Shown one piece after another: positions 18,095-28,220 of a stretch of DNA of 64,000 bases (position 1 is the stretch's first letter; the number at the start of each line of letters is the position of its first letter). This stretch comes from Bacillota bacterium (lineage in GTDB: Bacteria > Bacillota > Clostridia > TANB77 > CAG-465). Below the pieces are notes generated by a model that was not told where the DNA came from, searched no databases, and saw nothing but the letters and a program-made list of their open reading frames with translations. The stretch covers positions 10,971 to 74,970 of the forward strand of contig JAEYPQ010000073.1 in the NCBI GenBank assembly GCA_023410645.1. Reading direction: 5' to 3'. A program made the translations under genes and the position numbers.

Positions 18095-18550
18095 ATGAAA
18101 TCAAAAGCATTTTTAGTAGTAATAACAATATTAATAATTATTATAGCCATTTTATTATTTTTTACCTTAAATAATGTTCTAAATAAAAATAATGGAGATA
18201 ATCAAGACGAAATTGATAAATCAAACGCAATAGCAAATACATTAAGTCTTTCAATTATTCGTATTAATTATGATTTAAAGTATAGTGATGATACAATAAA
18301 TAGAGAATATACTTTAATATTAAATAAAGACGGAAAAGTTATTGATACAAGAGTTAAAGAGAAAGGTTACAGTAATGAAAATTTGCAAAAGCAATATAAT
18401 AATATAAAACTAAATACTCCTTTTAATACCAATGTTAGTATTAAAGATACTTATTTATATTATAACACAAACTTTTTAAACGGTAATACAGTAGAAGAAG
18501 TTACAAATTCACTTAAAAGTTTATCAAATTATAAATATGAAGAATTATAA
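18095..18550 (+). CDS. membrane-anchored hypothetical protein (151 aa)
   Basis: GAAGGAGG SD, N-terminal TM segment, and a hairpin terminator downstream (aaaagacctatttttatagtatataaaaataggtctttt). Confidence 0.6.
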   Translation: MKSKAFLVVITILIIIIAILLFFTLNNVLNKNNGDNQDEIDKSNAIANTLSLSIIRINYDLKYSDDTINREYTLILNKDGKVIDTRVKEKGYSNENLQKQYNNIKLNTPFNTNVSIKDTYLYYNTNFLNGNTVEEVTNSLKSLSNYKYEEL

Positions 18551-18618
18551 TGAAAAAGACCTATTTTTATAGTATATAAAAATAGGTCTTTTCATATTAA
18601 ATTTTACAATATGGATAA

Positions 18619-19083
18619 CTAACCATATATCCAACATAATATATCAACATTATCAGTACTTTCAAAGTAAACCCTGTAATTTCCTGCTGTTGCATTTTTG
18701 AATTGATATCTATTCAAATAATCGCTATCTCCAGGCGTAAGTTGTATAAAACTTATACCATTTGGCACTGACATGCTAAGTATAGATCCATCTGGTCTAT
18801 AAATTGTTGCTACAATATATGCTCCTTGTGGACAATTAAGTGCCTTAATTGTTATGCCACCTGTACTTTTCGTAGGACCAGATACTGGGACATAAAACTG
18901 TCCACCCGATTGTCCAACAAGCTGTCCGAACCCTAAAAGTCCTGCTTCTTGTATAGTTAATTCTTTTTCTAATTCCTCTGCGAAAATTTTTGTAGGATTA
19001 AATATAATAAAAAAAACTATAAAAAATATTGAAAAAATTATTCTAGTAGAATAAAAATAGTTATTTTTTTTGCATATTCGCAT
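18619..19083 (-). CDS. secreted hypothetical protein (154 aa, beta-rich C-terminal domain)
   Basis: GGAGGG SD and an N-terminal signal/TM segment. Confidence 0.6.
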   Translation of the reverse strand: MRICKKNNYFYSTRIIFSIFFIVFFIIFNPTKIFAEELEKELTIQEAGLLGFGQLVGQSGGQFYVPVSGPTKSTGGITIKALNCPQGAYIVATIYRPDGSILSMSVPNGISFIQLTPGDSDYLNRYQFKNATAGNYRVYFESTDNVDILCWIYG

Positions 19084-19245
19084 TTTATGCCCTCCTGTGT
19101 TGTATTTAACAGTAAAGTTTAATTAAATTATTACTTGGGGAACGTGCAGATTTCATTTGAAATTCCTTTCTTTAATATTAATTTTTTGAAATAAAACAAT
19201 TTACTACTGCTAAATTATAACACAAAAAGACATATATTTTATAAT

Positions 19246-19270
19246 TTCGACAAAACTAGACAATATTTTT
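19246..19270 (-). repeat. 25-nt motif, copy 2 (inverted)
   Basis: TTCGACAAAACTAGACAATATTTTT is the reverse complement of copy 1. It lies upstream of the minus-strand gene 18619..19083. Confidence 0.8.
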
Positions 19271-19316
19271 ATAATAGTATATAAATCTCTAGCATAACTA
19301 TTTATTTTTATAAGAA

Positions 19317-19463
19317 TTAGTATATGTCAACTTCTTTATTATTTACTGTTTCGATAAAATTTATATTTCTATCTTGTATAAAAGCATCTGCGTATAATGC
19401 AAGAAGTACAATTAATACTACACTTACATATAATATACTCTTTTGCTTATTATTAAGTTTCAT
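19317..19463 (-). CDS. small membrane protein (48 aa)
   Basis: MKLNNKQKSILYVSVVLIVLLALYADAF..., with an AGGTGA SD before the ATG at 19463. Confidence 0.45.
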   Translation of the reverse strand: MKLNNKQKSILYVSVVLIVLLALYADAFIQDRNINFIETVNNKEVDIY

Positions 19464-19495
19464 AGAATCACCTAGTAACATATATATTAGATTTA

Positions 19496-20125
19496 TTACA
19501 AAATATAATATATTGTGCACATTATTATTAATCTTAATAGCTTTGGAAAAATTAAATTAATTAAGAATAATGGCATCAAAATCTTAGTTTGGAATTTATA
19601 TATGTCAATAATAAAACTTTTATCTTTTCCAATTATTTTTCCATTTAAATATTTATCAGAAACATTTACAGATTTTTTTACTGCATCAATTTCTAAAATC
19701 AATCTAAAAATTAAAGATAAAGCTACTATTAAAGAATAAATATATAATGGCATTTTAGATTCTTGCATAAATAGTCCTAAAACAGAAAATATAACAAAAG
19801 TAATAATTTCTATATTTGAAGATATAAAATTTAATTTTTGAACTATTTTCGATTGAATAGAATGTATACATTCATGCGCTATAACACAAATTCTTGCATA
19901 AGTATTCTTTTTATTACTTGATAAATATATAGTATCATTTAAATATACATAGTAATTATTTTTTATATCTTTATCTTCTACTAATTTTGTTGTCTTATTA
20001 TCCAAACTTTCTAAAATTTCTTTTGTTACTAATTCATTGTTTGGTAATCTAGAAATTAATTCTTCTGCTTTATTTTTTAATATTGAATTCTTCTTAAATA
20101 TTTTTAAACTCTCAAAAAAATTCAT
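19496..20125 (-). CDS. membrane protein with HExxH zinc-metallopeptidase motif
   Basis: IAHECIHSIQ is followed by several TM segments. Its start overlaps the stop of the upstream gene. Confidence 0.5.
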   Translation of the reverse strand: MNFFESLKIFKKNSILKNKAEELISRLPNNELVTKEILESLDNKTTKLVEDKDIKNNYYVYLNDTIYLSSNKKNTYARICVIAHECIHSIQSKIVQKLNFISSNIEIITFVIFSVLGLFMQESKMPLYIYSLIVALSLIFRLILEIDAVKKSVNVSDKYLNGKIIGKDKSFIIDIYKFQTKILMPLFLINLIFPKLLRLIIMCTIYYIL

Positions 20126-20463
20126 TAAAATTCTATAATCTCCTTAATTCCTTCTCCAACTATTTTTTGCATATCTGCAAGTAGTACATTGATTCTCATT
20201 TCACACTCTAATAATTTTCTCATATCTTCATTTTGTATAATAATTGAATATAAATTTTCTAAACTTGTTTGATTCTCTTCATTTAGTTTTCCTGTATTTA
20301 TATATTCAAATTGATGCTTTTGTTGTTTTTCCTTAAAATCTTTTAACATAGTATATGCCTTTTCATCAGCCCTAATTTTATTTTTTAAAGATATAAATTC
20401 CTTAAATTCTTCTGTTTCTTTTAAACATTTAACTAATTCATGTATTTTATCATAAAAATTCAT
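20125..20463 (-). CDS. YlbF/YmcA-family regulatory protein
   Basis: A 112-aa helical protein. IHELVKCLKETEEFKEFISLKNKIRADEKAYTMLKDFKEKQ is typical of the YlbF/UPF0342 family. Confidence 0.6.
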   Translation of the reverse strand: MNFYDKIHELVKCLKETEEFKEFISLKNKIRADEKAYTMLKDFKEKQQKHQFEYINTGKLNEENQTSLENLYSIIIQNEDMRKLLECEMRINVLLADMQKIVGEGIKEIIEF

Positions 20464-20495
20464 AATATCACTTTCCCTTTCTAAATAAAATTATA

Positions 20496-20544
20496 CAATA
20501 AAAAAATACAAAATCCAACAATTATTTGTTAATTTTGTATTTTT
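20496..20544 (-). terminator. terminator closing the VirB4/Tad-like operon
   Basis: Perfect 12-bp stem AAAATACAAAAT / ATTTTGTATTTT, followed on the minus strand by a T-run. It lies just after the stop at 20549. Confidence 0.65.
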
Positions 20545-20548
20545 AATA

Positions 20549-21844
20549 TTATTTGAACAATTCCATTAATCTATCATTTGCTTCTTTTAATTCATTATAC
20601 TCCTTAGCTGTAAGCTTTGATGTATCATTATTGTATTTTTCAATTTCATTACTTATTATATACATTGTTTTAACATGTTTTGTAGAAAACTGTGTCCAAA
20701 TACCTATTTGATCTTTAGTTTTCATTTCAGTAGAGGTACCTATGACTTCACCTTTTTTATTTTTTGTAATATCTTTTGTAAATTCAATATTTACAATTGC
20801 ATTCACTCTGTTATCTGCTGTATCATAGCTTCCCATAAAATCTCCTAAACCATATGCAGCATATATGTGAGTATCTTTATCATTAACTTTTATTAAATCT
20901 TCTTCAGTATCTTGTACTACATTACTTCCAGTTCCAAGGACAACATTAACACCATTATTAAATAGAGTATCAACACATTCTTTCTGCTTACTATTTGGTA
21001 TAGTACTATTTTCATTTGGTACGTATAAGTATGAAATTATATAATCAACATTTTTAGATTTTAAATACTCTATATCCTTTTTTATATTATCTTCTTCAAA
21101 AATGTTAACTAAATAATCTTTACTTGCTTTAATTGAAACATTAGTATCTGTTGTATATGATAAGATCCCTATACTTATATTATTTTTTGTAATTACAACA
21201 GGGTCATTTCTTGTTTCAGAACTTATTCCAACTTGAGATATTTCTTTATCCTTTAATGCCTTTTCTGTTTGTATAATGCCATTTTCATTTTTATCCATTG
21301 AGTGTTGGTTTGCTGTTGCAACTACACTAATATTTAATTCTTTTAAAGTATCAAGTAGCTCTATTGGAGCATTATATACGCTTTTGGCAGAATAAGATAA
21401 TGAATCAGCAACAGGCGTGTTTAAACTTGCAATAACTAAATCATAATCTTTTAGCTTTTGGCTTACATCATCTATTCCAGTACTAAAATCATATGTAGAT
21501 CCAGTTTTTGCACCACTTAAAGAATTAGAAGTAAGATAAATGTCGCCTAACGCAGCGATTTTTAAACTATAATTTTCAACAGTTTGGTTAGGAGCCTTTG
21601 TTATAAACATTCCTACAAAAGAATTAACTGAATTGTATAACCACATTTTTTCCTTATCACGCATTCCCAAAGTATATGTTATCATTGTGTAAACTTGGTA
21701 ACCAACAAATATAGTTAATATAATCCATATAAATAATTTTATTTTTAGTTTATTTTTATCTTTATTATTTAAAGCAATACTCTCATTATCTTCTATATCA
21801 TTTTGATTTATTCTGTTAGAATATTCAATATTTCTTCTTCCCAT
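20549..21844 (-). CDS. CapA/PGA_cap-family metallophosphatase-like ectoprotein with N-terminal TM anchor
   Basis: TM segment IWIILTIFVGYQVYTMITY, then AALGDIY..., ANQHSMD and GLGDF patterns typical of CapA. The ATG at 21844 follows AGGAGA. Confidence 0.6.
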   Translation of the reverse strand: MGRRNIEYSNRINQNDIEDNESIALNNKDKNKLKIKLFIWIILTIFVGYQVYTMITYTLGMRDKEKMWLYNSVNSFVGMFITKAPNQTVENYSLKIAALGDIYLTSNSLSGAKTGSTYDFSTGIDDVSQKLKDYDLVIASLNTPVADSLSYSAKSVYNAPIELLDTLKELNISVVATANQHSMDKNENGIIQTEKALKDKEISQVGISSETRNDPVVITKNNISIGILSYTTDTNVSIKASKDYLVNIFEEDNIKKDIEYLKSKNVDYIISYLYVPNENSTIPNSKQKECVDTLFNNGVNVVLGTGSNVVQDTEEDLIKVNDKDTHIYAAYGLGDFMGSYDTADNRVNAIVNIEFTKDITKNKKGEVIGTSTEMKTKDQIGIWTQFSTKHVKTMYIISNEIEKYNNDTSKLTAKEYNELKEANDRLMELFK

Positions 21845-21886
21845 TTTTATATAATCTCCTATTTTTGCATTGTACAATACATTATA

Positions 21887-22606
21887 CTACAAATTGTTGC
21901 AAATTTGCAACTGCATAGGTGATAATTTATTGTTTTTATTATTCACTAACTCAGTCATATTTTGAATAATATTATTTTCTTTTATACATTCTAAGCTATT
22001 ATTTACCAATTTTTGCTTTGCATTTAATTGTTTTGCTATAGAATTTAAACTATCAATTTCAAACTTTTCATATGATTGATACCACTGATTACATAGTTGT
22101 TTAAAATCTGTAACCTTTTCTCTTATTCTATCAAAACTTCTATCCAACTTTTCTACGAAAGTTTTACTAGATATAAATGTTTTTATATCTTTAACAAATG
22201 TATTAATGTATGGTTCAAAAATATTATTTTTAAACGTATTTTTACAAAATATATCTATTCCTGCATTAATTGCAGAAGTTATCCCGCCTTTAATTGCAAT
22301 ATCTTTAATTTTACTAATATCTTTAAGAACGTTTTTTGGCATATTTAATATTTCTAAGCCTTCTCTTACACTACTATTTACTGCAGTTTTAATTATTTCT
22401 TTAAAATCTTTAGTTTTTAAAGAATTCTTTACATCAATTAATATATCCTTTATATGCCCATTTACTGGTGAAGCCTTAATAGCATATTCTGCTCCCTTAT
22501 CTATTATATTTCCAATTATATTTTGAAATTCATTATTATTTTTAGAAATTTGCAAGTTTAAATCCCTATCAATTTCTAAACCATTTACTATATCTAAATT
22601 TTGCAT
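21887..22606 (-). CDS. hypothetical soluble helical protein (239 aa), operon member
   Basis: ORF track. It lies 2 nt after the upstream gene and 9 nt before the track-called TTG start (21877) of the CapA-like ORF. No TM segment or motif recognised. Confidence 0.55.
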   Translation of the reverse strand: MQNLDIVNGLEIDRDLNLQISKNNNEFQNIIGNIIDKGAEYAIKASPVNGHIKDILIDVKNSLKTKDFKEIIKTAVNSSVREGLEILNMPKNVLKDISKIKDIAIKGGITSAINAGIDIFCKNTFKNNIFEPYINTFVKDIKTFISSKTFVEKLDRSFDRIREKVTDFKQLCNQWYQSYEKFEIDSLNSIAKQLNAKQKLVNNSLECIKENNIIQNMTELVNNKNNKLSPMQLQICNNL

Positions 22607-22608
22607 TT

Positions 22609-23511
22609 TTATTCCTCCAATTTATTTATTTTTCTTATAAATAAAAATATTAACATAAATGATATAATATCAATATTTATAATTATTTTGCCAAACAAAG
22701 TGTTTAACATTATACTCTTATACTCATCATTTAATAATATAAATGTAAAAAGTATATAAATATTTATTATTAAAAGTAACATAAGAACTAGTTTTGAAGA
22801 AAAACTTTCTTCATTTTCTTTTTCTTTTTGAATATTAAACTTTACAAGTATCTTAGAAAATCTATCTAATAATTTATTAAAATCTCCACCATTTATATAT
22901 GAATATTGAGATGCAATAATGAATTCACTTATTTTCTCGATATTTATATTTTTTTTTAGACTTTCAAAAGACTCAAAAACACTAATTCCCTTTTCAATAG
23001 ACAAATTAAATTTATCTACATAAATTGAAAGAGGAGTTTCCGTTTTTGTCTTTTTAAAGGCCAGTACTATATTATTTGTAGATTTAGTATAATTTTTTAA
23101 TGATATTGCATACATAGGAAATATTCTTAAAATCTTATTTTTTTGATTATTTACAATGTATTCAATTATTAAGTACGGTAATATAAATACAAAAATTGAG
23201 AATATCAAAGAAGTTGATAAAATATTTGTTAATATATATATTATTGAAAAAGTTATTATGGACAAAAAAATTGAAATTGATAAAATTATTACTGAATTTA
23301 GAAAATACAGATTTTTATTACTAGAATTTTTTATTTCTAATAAATAATAATTAATTTTTTGAATAAATTTAATTCTATTTAATTTATATGTTAATTTATT
23401 ATATTCAATCTTTTTCTTACCCTTAAAATCTAGAAAAATTTCATATATTGAATATATGATTAAAAATATTATTAACATCTCTAAAATTGTATTTATAATA
23501 ACAAATAGCAC
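22609..23511 (-). CDS. TadB/TadC-like (T2SS-F domain) polytopic membrane protein
   Basis: N-terminal TM, a central TM pair, a cytoplasmic helical domain (FPMYAISLKNY...GISVFESFESLKKN...ISEFIIASQYSYINGGDFNKLLDRFSKIL) and a C-terminal TM pair, matching the GspF/TadB layout. Confidence 0.6.
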   Translation of the reverse strand: MLFVIINTILEMLIIFLIIYSIYEIFLDFKGKKKIEYNKLTYKLNRIKFIQKINYYLLEIKNSSNKNLYFLNSVIILSISIFLSIITFSIIYILTNILSTSLIFSIFVFILPYLIIEYIVNNQKNKILRIFPMYAISLKNYTKSTNNIVLAFKKTKTETPLSIYVDKFNLSIEKGISVFESFESLKKNINIEKISEFIIASQYSYINGGDFNKLLDRFSKILVKFNIQKEKENEESFSSKLVLMLLLIINIYILFTFILLNDEYKSIMLNTLFGKIIINIDIISFMLIFLFIRKINKLEE

Positions 23512-23518
23512 CTACTTT

Positions 23519-24691
23519 CTAATATATATTTAATATTTTTATTTTATTTTCATCTTTTATATAATCAACTTCTACTATTTCTTTTACTTTATAGTTTTCT
23601 AAATAAATTATATAATCTATACTACTTGCAAGTATTTGTTCTATGAACTCTTTTGTATATTTTTGATTTTTATCATCTCTTTTAAATAATGTTATTAATC
23701 TATTTATTGTATTTTCTGATGAATCTGAATGTACTGTTGCAATCCCCATATGACCTGTACATATAGAATCCAAAAAACTAGATGTTTCTTCACCTTTCAA
23801 TTCTCCAATCACAATAACATCATTAGACATTACTAGACTATGTTTCATCAATCTTTGTAATGTTATCTTACTAGAATCTTTTCTATTTTCTACTATTTCA
23901 CGTTGAATTATATTTTTATTTTCTATAAATAATTCAGTTGTTTCTTCATTGGTGGTAATTGAGATAGTATCTGGTATTTTATCTATTATTGCTCTAAGTA
24001 AAGTAGTTTTACCACTACCACCCTTTCCTGAAATTATTATGTTTTTAAAACTATTGATAGCCTCATACATTATTTTATATGATTTCGAATCAAGCATATC
24101 TTCTATAATAAATAATCTCTCCAAGGTAATATTTTTATTATTTCTATGTATTCTTATTACTATGCTCGAAGAAATAGAATTAACTGGAGATATCCCAGCC
24201 TCAATTCTTAGATTATATTTTTTATCACTTACAATTACTATAGGGATATCAAAGTTTATATTTGAATTATTCTTCTGTACACAAAATCTTATATACTGTT
24301 CAAAGACATCATTATTTTCAAATTTATCCGCCACTTTAATCCATTTTCCATTCTTCTTTATATATATATTATCATATCTAACCGCTCTAATATCAGTTAT
24401 ATCTGAATCATCGATATATTTTTGCAAAATATCATATCCAAACATTTTATTTATAAGTGTATTTACAATTAGATTTTGTGTATCCTGATTTTTTATCCTA
24501 TATTTTTGAATCAAATATTCATATATTTTTTCTTTAATTTCTTCTTTTAAATCTTTTTGCAGATATTCAATATAATTATTTATTATAAATCTTTGTATAT
24601 CTAAAATATCAATCTCTTTATTTTCTTCAATATCTGTTCTTTTAATAATTTCATTATTATCATTTTCTTCTTTAAAAATATTTGTTATCAC
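23519..24691 (-). CDS. CpaF/TadA/VirB11-family secretion ATPase
   Basis: Walker A SGKGGSGKTTLL, Asp/Walker B region DVIVIGELKGEE, and His box GHMGIATVHSDSSENTINRL. Confidence 0.8.
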   Translation of the reverse strand: MITNIFKEENDNNEIIKRTDIEENKEIDILDIQRFIINNYIEYLQKDLKEEIKEKIYEYLIQKYRIKNQDTQNLIVNTLINKMFGYDILQKYIDDSDITDIRAVRYDNIYIKKNGKWIKVADKFENNDVFEQYIRFCVQKNNSNINFDIPIVIVSDKKYNLRIEAGISPVNSISSSIVIRIHRNNKNITLERLFIIEDMLDSKSYKIMYEAINSFKNIIISGKGGSGKTTLLRAIIDKIPDTISITTNEETTELFIENKNIIQREIVENRKDSSKITLQRLMKHSLVMSNDVIVIGELKGEETSSFLDSICTGHMGIATVHSDSSENTINRLITLFKRDDKNQKYTKEFIEQILASSIDYIIYLENYKVKEIVEVDYIKDENKIKILNIY

Positions 24692-25890
24692 TTAATGTTT
24701 CCTCTTTTTTTAATTAAATTTTCAAATGAATTAATAATCTTAATTTTTTCTTTTTTATTATTTATTCCTAAATTTCTATACATATTTTGAGTGTTTATCT
24801 TCACATCAATTATATTTATCGCTCCATTTATAAAAGATTCTATATCTTTATTATATTCTATACTTAAGATAGCCTTATAACCTTTTATTAAAGATTCAAC
24901 TTGATCTATATCTAAAGAATTTTTTTGTATTTTATTTAAAATAATATTAATCTTCTCCTTTTGTATATTCCAATTTCTAACCATTAAATCTAGATATTTT
25001 ATAGCTTGTCTTATACTTAAATAATTAGGATTAATGACAAAATATATCTTAGTGGAGTATTTTAAAGTGTATTCTACAACATCTAAAAATGGTGTTGATG
25101 GTAAATCTATAACACAATATTCATAAGTTTGTGAACAAGCTGAATATATTTTTTGATAATACTCTTTTGATAGTTTATTTTGACAATCATATAGACTAAC
25201 ATTATTAGTTATATAATTTAGTTTTCTATTATTTTTATCCTTTTGAACATATTTATTAATATTTCCATTTATTTCAATCCTTTTATCCACATCTTCAACA
25301 ATTTGAGAAATGTTACTTACATTAGCTTCTAAATTATTAAATATATCAATTGATGGATTTTGAATATCCATATCTATAAGGCAAGTAGAGATCTTTAGTT
25401 CATTACAAATTTCTTTTGAAATAATGCTAGAAATAAATGATTTACCCGCTCCACTTGTGCCAAATACAGCAATCATCTGTTTAGGTATAACTTGATTACT
25501 ATTAAATATTTCATTACTCTTGTATATTATATTTTTATCATTTTCAATTACATCAGCTATTTGCTTTATATCTATATATTCACCCTCAATAATGTTAAAT
25601 ATTTTATTTGAAAAAAGAAATTCTTTATATTCATTAGTAAGTTTAGAAACTATATAAATAACTCGTGTATTATTATTTGATAACTTAATTTGTTTTGCAA
25701 ATAGCATATTATTTAAATTTCCATTTAGATTATCTCTTGTTATTAAAATATATTCCTCATCTGTATTACTTAAAAATTCAATTACTCCTTCCATATATGT
25801 TATATCCTGTTTATATACAATATCGCCATATAATTTAATTAGTTCATTTTTTACCTTTTCATTATCTAGTGCTACTAGTATTTTCATCAA
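24688..25890 (-). CDS. TadZ/CpaE-like protein: receiver-like N-domain plus P-loop NTPase
   Basis: The N-terminus MKILVALDNEK...ILITRD looks like a CheY-type fold. The P-loop is AVFGTSGAGKSF. It overlaps the downstream gene by 4 nt. Confidence 0.5.
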   Translation of the reverse strand: MMKILVALDNEKVKNELIKLYGDIVYKQDITYMEGVIEFLSNTDEEYILITRDNLNGNLNNMLFAKQIKLSNNNTRVIYIVSKLTNEYKEFLFSNKIFNIIEGEYIDIKQIADVIENDKNIIYKSNEIFNSNQVIPKQMIAVFGTSGAGKSFISSIISKEICNELKISTCLIDMDIQNPSIDIFNNLEANVSNISQIVEDVDKRIEINGNINKYVQKDKNNRKLNYITNNVSLYDCQNKLSKEYYQKIYSACSQTYEYCVIDLPSTPFLDVVEYTLKYSTKIYFVINPNYLSIRQAIKYLDLMVRNWNIQKEKINIILNKIQKNSLDIDQVESLIKGYKAILSIEYNKDIESFINGAINIIDVKINTQNMYRNLGINNKKEKIKIINSFENLIKKRGNIK

Positions 25891-25891
25891 T

Positions 25892-27673
25892 TTATTCCTC
25901 CATTATCTTTTTTTCATAATTACTTATTTTTATGTTTATTATAGATATATTTCCTTTAAATATAATCATAGCTTGTCCTTTATTTAAGATGGAAATATTT
26001 TTTATAATTTTATCATTAAATTCACTTAAATTATTTAATATTTCTGTATCTGAATATTCTATTTTAAAGAATATCTTAAATGCACAATTATTAAGAATAC
26101 TTTTACCATATATTCCATCCTGAAAAGAGAAAAAATCAGAAATATCTTGCGTTATAGAAATAATTCCTGCATTTAATTTTCTAATAGTTTTAAATAATGA
26201 AAATATATTTTCAGAAATTAATGATTCTTCTTTACTATTAATAAGTTTCCAAATCTCATCAATATATATAATAGTATTTTTTTTAGATTCTATTTTTACT
26301 TTTTCTGCTGTTAGTATATTTTTTATAATATTTAAGAAATATTTCGAAAATATAACTGAATCTTTTGAATCTATATTAGAAAGATCAAAAACTACTAGTT
26401 TAGACATAATATCCATATTTGTATTATTAGTAAGGCAAGTATATTTATTTATAATTTTCGTTTTTACTTTTTTATTTAATTCTTTATTTTCTATTTTCTC
26501 TAACACATCTTTTAATGTTGGAAATAGTATTTTGGATCTTAAAACTTTACTAATATATATTTTGTTTTCAAATTCATCCATATACAAGGATTCTAAATCA
26601 TTAATGTCATATTTCTTATATGCTAATCTAATCGCATTCTCTAGTTCAATTATCTCTTTTTCATTATTAACTCCAATTATCTCCAATAAAAATTCTTTAA
26701 TTTCTTGTATTTTATTTTCAATTACATTTTTCCCATATAAAACTACTTCAAATTCATTTATATCGAGTATATTTATATATTTATTAATATTTTTATTATT
26801 AAAAATAATGTACTCCATGTTGAGTTTTTCTGATATTTGAATATATTCACCCTCTGGATCAAATATATACTGATATTTATTATTAAAAAAGTGCCTAATA
26901 ATTAGTATTTTAGTAAAAAAGGATTTTCCGGAACCACTACTTCCCAATATACACATATTAGAATTTGTATATTCATTACTGAAAATATCTATATTATATA
27001 ATTTATTTTCTTTTGCAGTATATCCAAAAATAATTCCATTTTTATCAAATACATTTCTAGTATAAAAAGGAAAAATATTATTTAAAGATGATGTAATTAT
27101 ATTTCTATATGTATTTTTAATTAATTTATTTTGAAAATTTATTAATGGTAGAGTTAAAATATATGAATCCAAATGTCTAAAATTAGTTATATTTGAAATA
27201 AATTGATTAGAATAAAGTTTACTTTGAATTTTCTTTACATCAATTAATAATTGCTCTTTGTTAACATTATATAGTGTCAAATATATATTAATATAAAAAA
27301 TTTCTTCATTATTTATTTGTATTTGCCTTCTTAATTCTTGAGCATCATTACTTACTTTGTTTATTAAGTCATAATCTAATTGATTTTTATTTATAGTTTT
27401 AATCTCAGCTTTTGAAGAGGATATATATTTTGTTAATTGCCTTAATATATTATATGAATCTTGCTTTTGTATATAAAATGATATATCATATTCAATACTT
27501 TTAGGTAAGGCCTCTATAAGCTGTAAAAACTGTATTTTCTTTGGATAATCGCATATTGTAATATTACAGATATATTTATTATCTAATTTTAAGTATTTAA
27601 AATTCGTATTATCTATATAGCCAGGTAAAATATTAATTATATCAGTTTTATCACCATCAAATATATTATTCAT
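25892..27673 (-). CDS. VirB4/TraE-type conjugation-family ATPase, C-terminal two-thirds
   Basis: Walker A ILGSSGSGKSFF, FDPEGEY, Walker B with the DEAW-type motif IIYIDEIWKLI, and RKLNAGIISITQDISDF (RK.N..I..TQ..D). It has its own GAGGAGAA SD. Confidence 0.7.
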   Translation of the reverse strand: MNNIFDGDKTDIINILPGYIDNTNFKYLKLDNKYICNITICDYPKKIQFLQLIEALPKSIEYDISFYIQKQDSYNILRQLTKYISSSKAEIKTINKNQLDYDLINKVSNDAQELRRQIQINNEEIFYINIYLTLYNVNKEQLLIDVKKIQSKLYSNQFISNITNFRHLDSYILTLPLINFQNKLIKNTYRNIITSSLNNIFPFYTRNVFDKNGIIFGYTAKENKLYNIDIFSNEYTNSNMCILGSSGSGKSFFTKILIIRHFFNNKYQYIFDPEGEYIQISEKLNMEYIIFNNKNINKYINILDINEFEVVLYGKNVIENKIQEIKEFLLEIIGVNNEKEIIELENAIRLAYKKYDINDLESLYMDEFENKIYISKVLRSKILFPTLKDVLEKIENKELNKKVKTKIINKYTCLTNNTNMDIMSKLVVFDLSNIDSKDSVIFSKYFLNIIKNILTAEKVKIESKKNTIIYIDEIWKLINSKEESLISENIFSLFKTIRKLNAGIISITQDISDFFSFQDGIYGKSILNNCAFKIFFKIEYSDTEILNNLSEFNDKIIKNISILNKGQAMIIFKGNISIINIKISNYEKKIMEE

Positions 27674-27683
27674 ATTTTTCTCC

Positions 27684-28220
27684 TCATGTAATCTTTTCTT
27701 TATTTATACATTCATATAATACTAATTTTATATCTTCTATACTTCTTATTCTTGAAACAATACAACCAATCTGATTTAATTTGTATATAGTCTTATCCAC
27801 ATCCTCAATTCTAATGCTATCCTGATCTCTTATTGCAACAATTAAATAGTATTTGGATGAGTATATTTCTTCTTTTGATAATTTATCATATACATCGTTT
27901 AAATATAGTTTTTTTATATTGTCATATTCATTATCTACTTTTTCATTCGATATATTATTATATTTTTTCATATAATTTTCAGCATCAAACTTTCTATTTG
28001 AAATTAAAATTTGATACTCTAAGTTGAACTCTTTTAAAAATTGGATATAAATGTTAGAAATATCATTTTTAATATTTTCAGAAGAATCTAAAATACTCAC
28101 TGGCATTACTTCATAAATATATACATTTTTAATTGCCTTATTTATATTTATTTTTATACAGTCATTTGTTATATCAGATATATTATATACTTGACTTATA
28201 TCTTTATATTTGTTTTTTAT
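27684..28220 (-). CDS. VirB4 N-terminal-domain-like protein (separate ORF; start uncertain, possibly ATA at 28220)
   Basis: YIYEVMPVSILDSSENIKNDISNIYIQFLKEFNLEYQILI resembles the N-terminus of Gram-positive VirB4 proteins. The frame stays open upstream of the first ATG (28106) as far as a GAGGTGAT SD at 28224-28231. Confidence 0.5.
   Translation of the reverse strand: MKNKYKDISQVYNISDITNDCIKININKAIKNVYIYEVMPVSILDSSENIKNDISNIYIQFLKEFNLEYQILISNRKFDAENYMKKYNNISNEKVDNEYDNIKKLYLNDVYDKLSKEEIYSSKYYLIVAIRDQDSIRIEDVDKTIYKLNQIGCIVSRIRSIEDIKLVLYECINKEKIT

Noticed and set aside
23949-24488. 179-aa plus-strand ORF inside the CpaF-like gene. Similar antisense ORFs lie at 22097-22526, 23156-23347, 25932-26123, 26532-26840 and 27833-28027.
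   Set aside because: They are antisense to ORFs with clear ATPase or membrane-protein motifs. They have an AT-rich codon composition and no SD, so I treat them as shadow ORFs.
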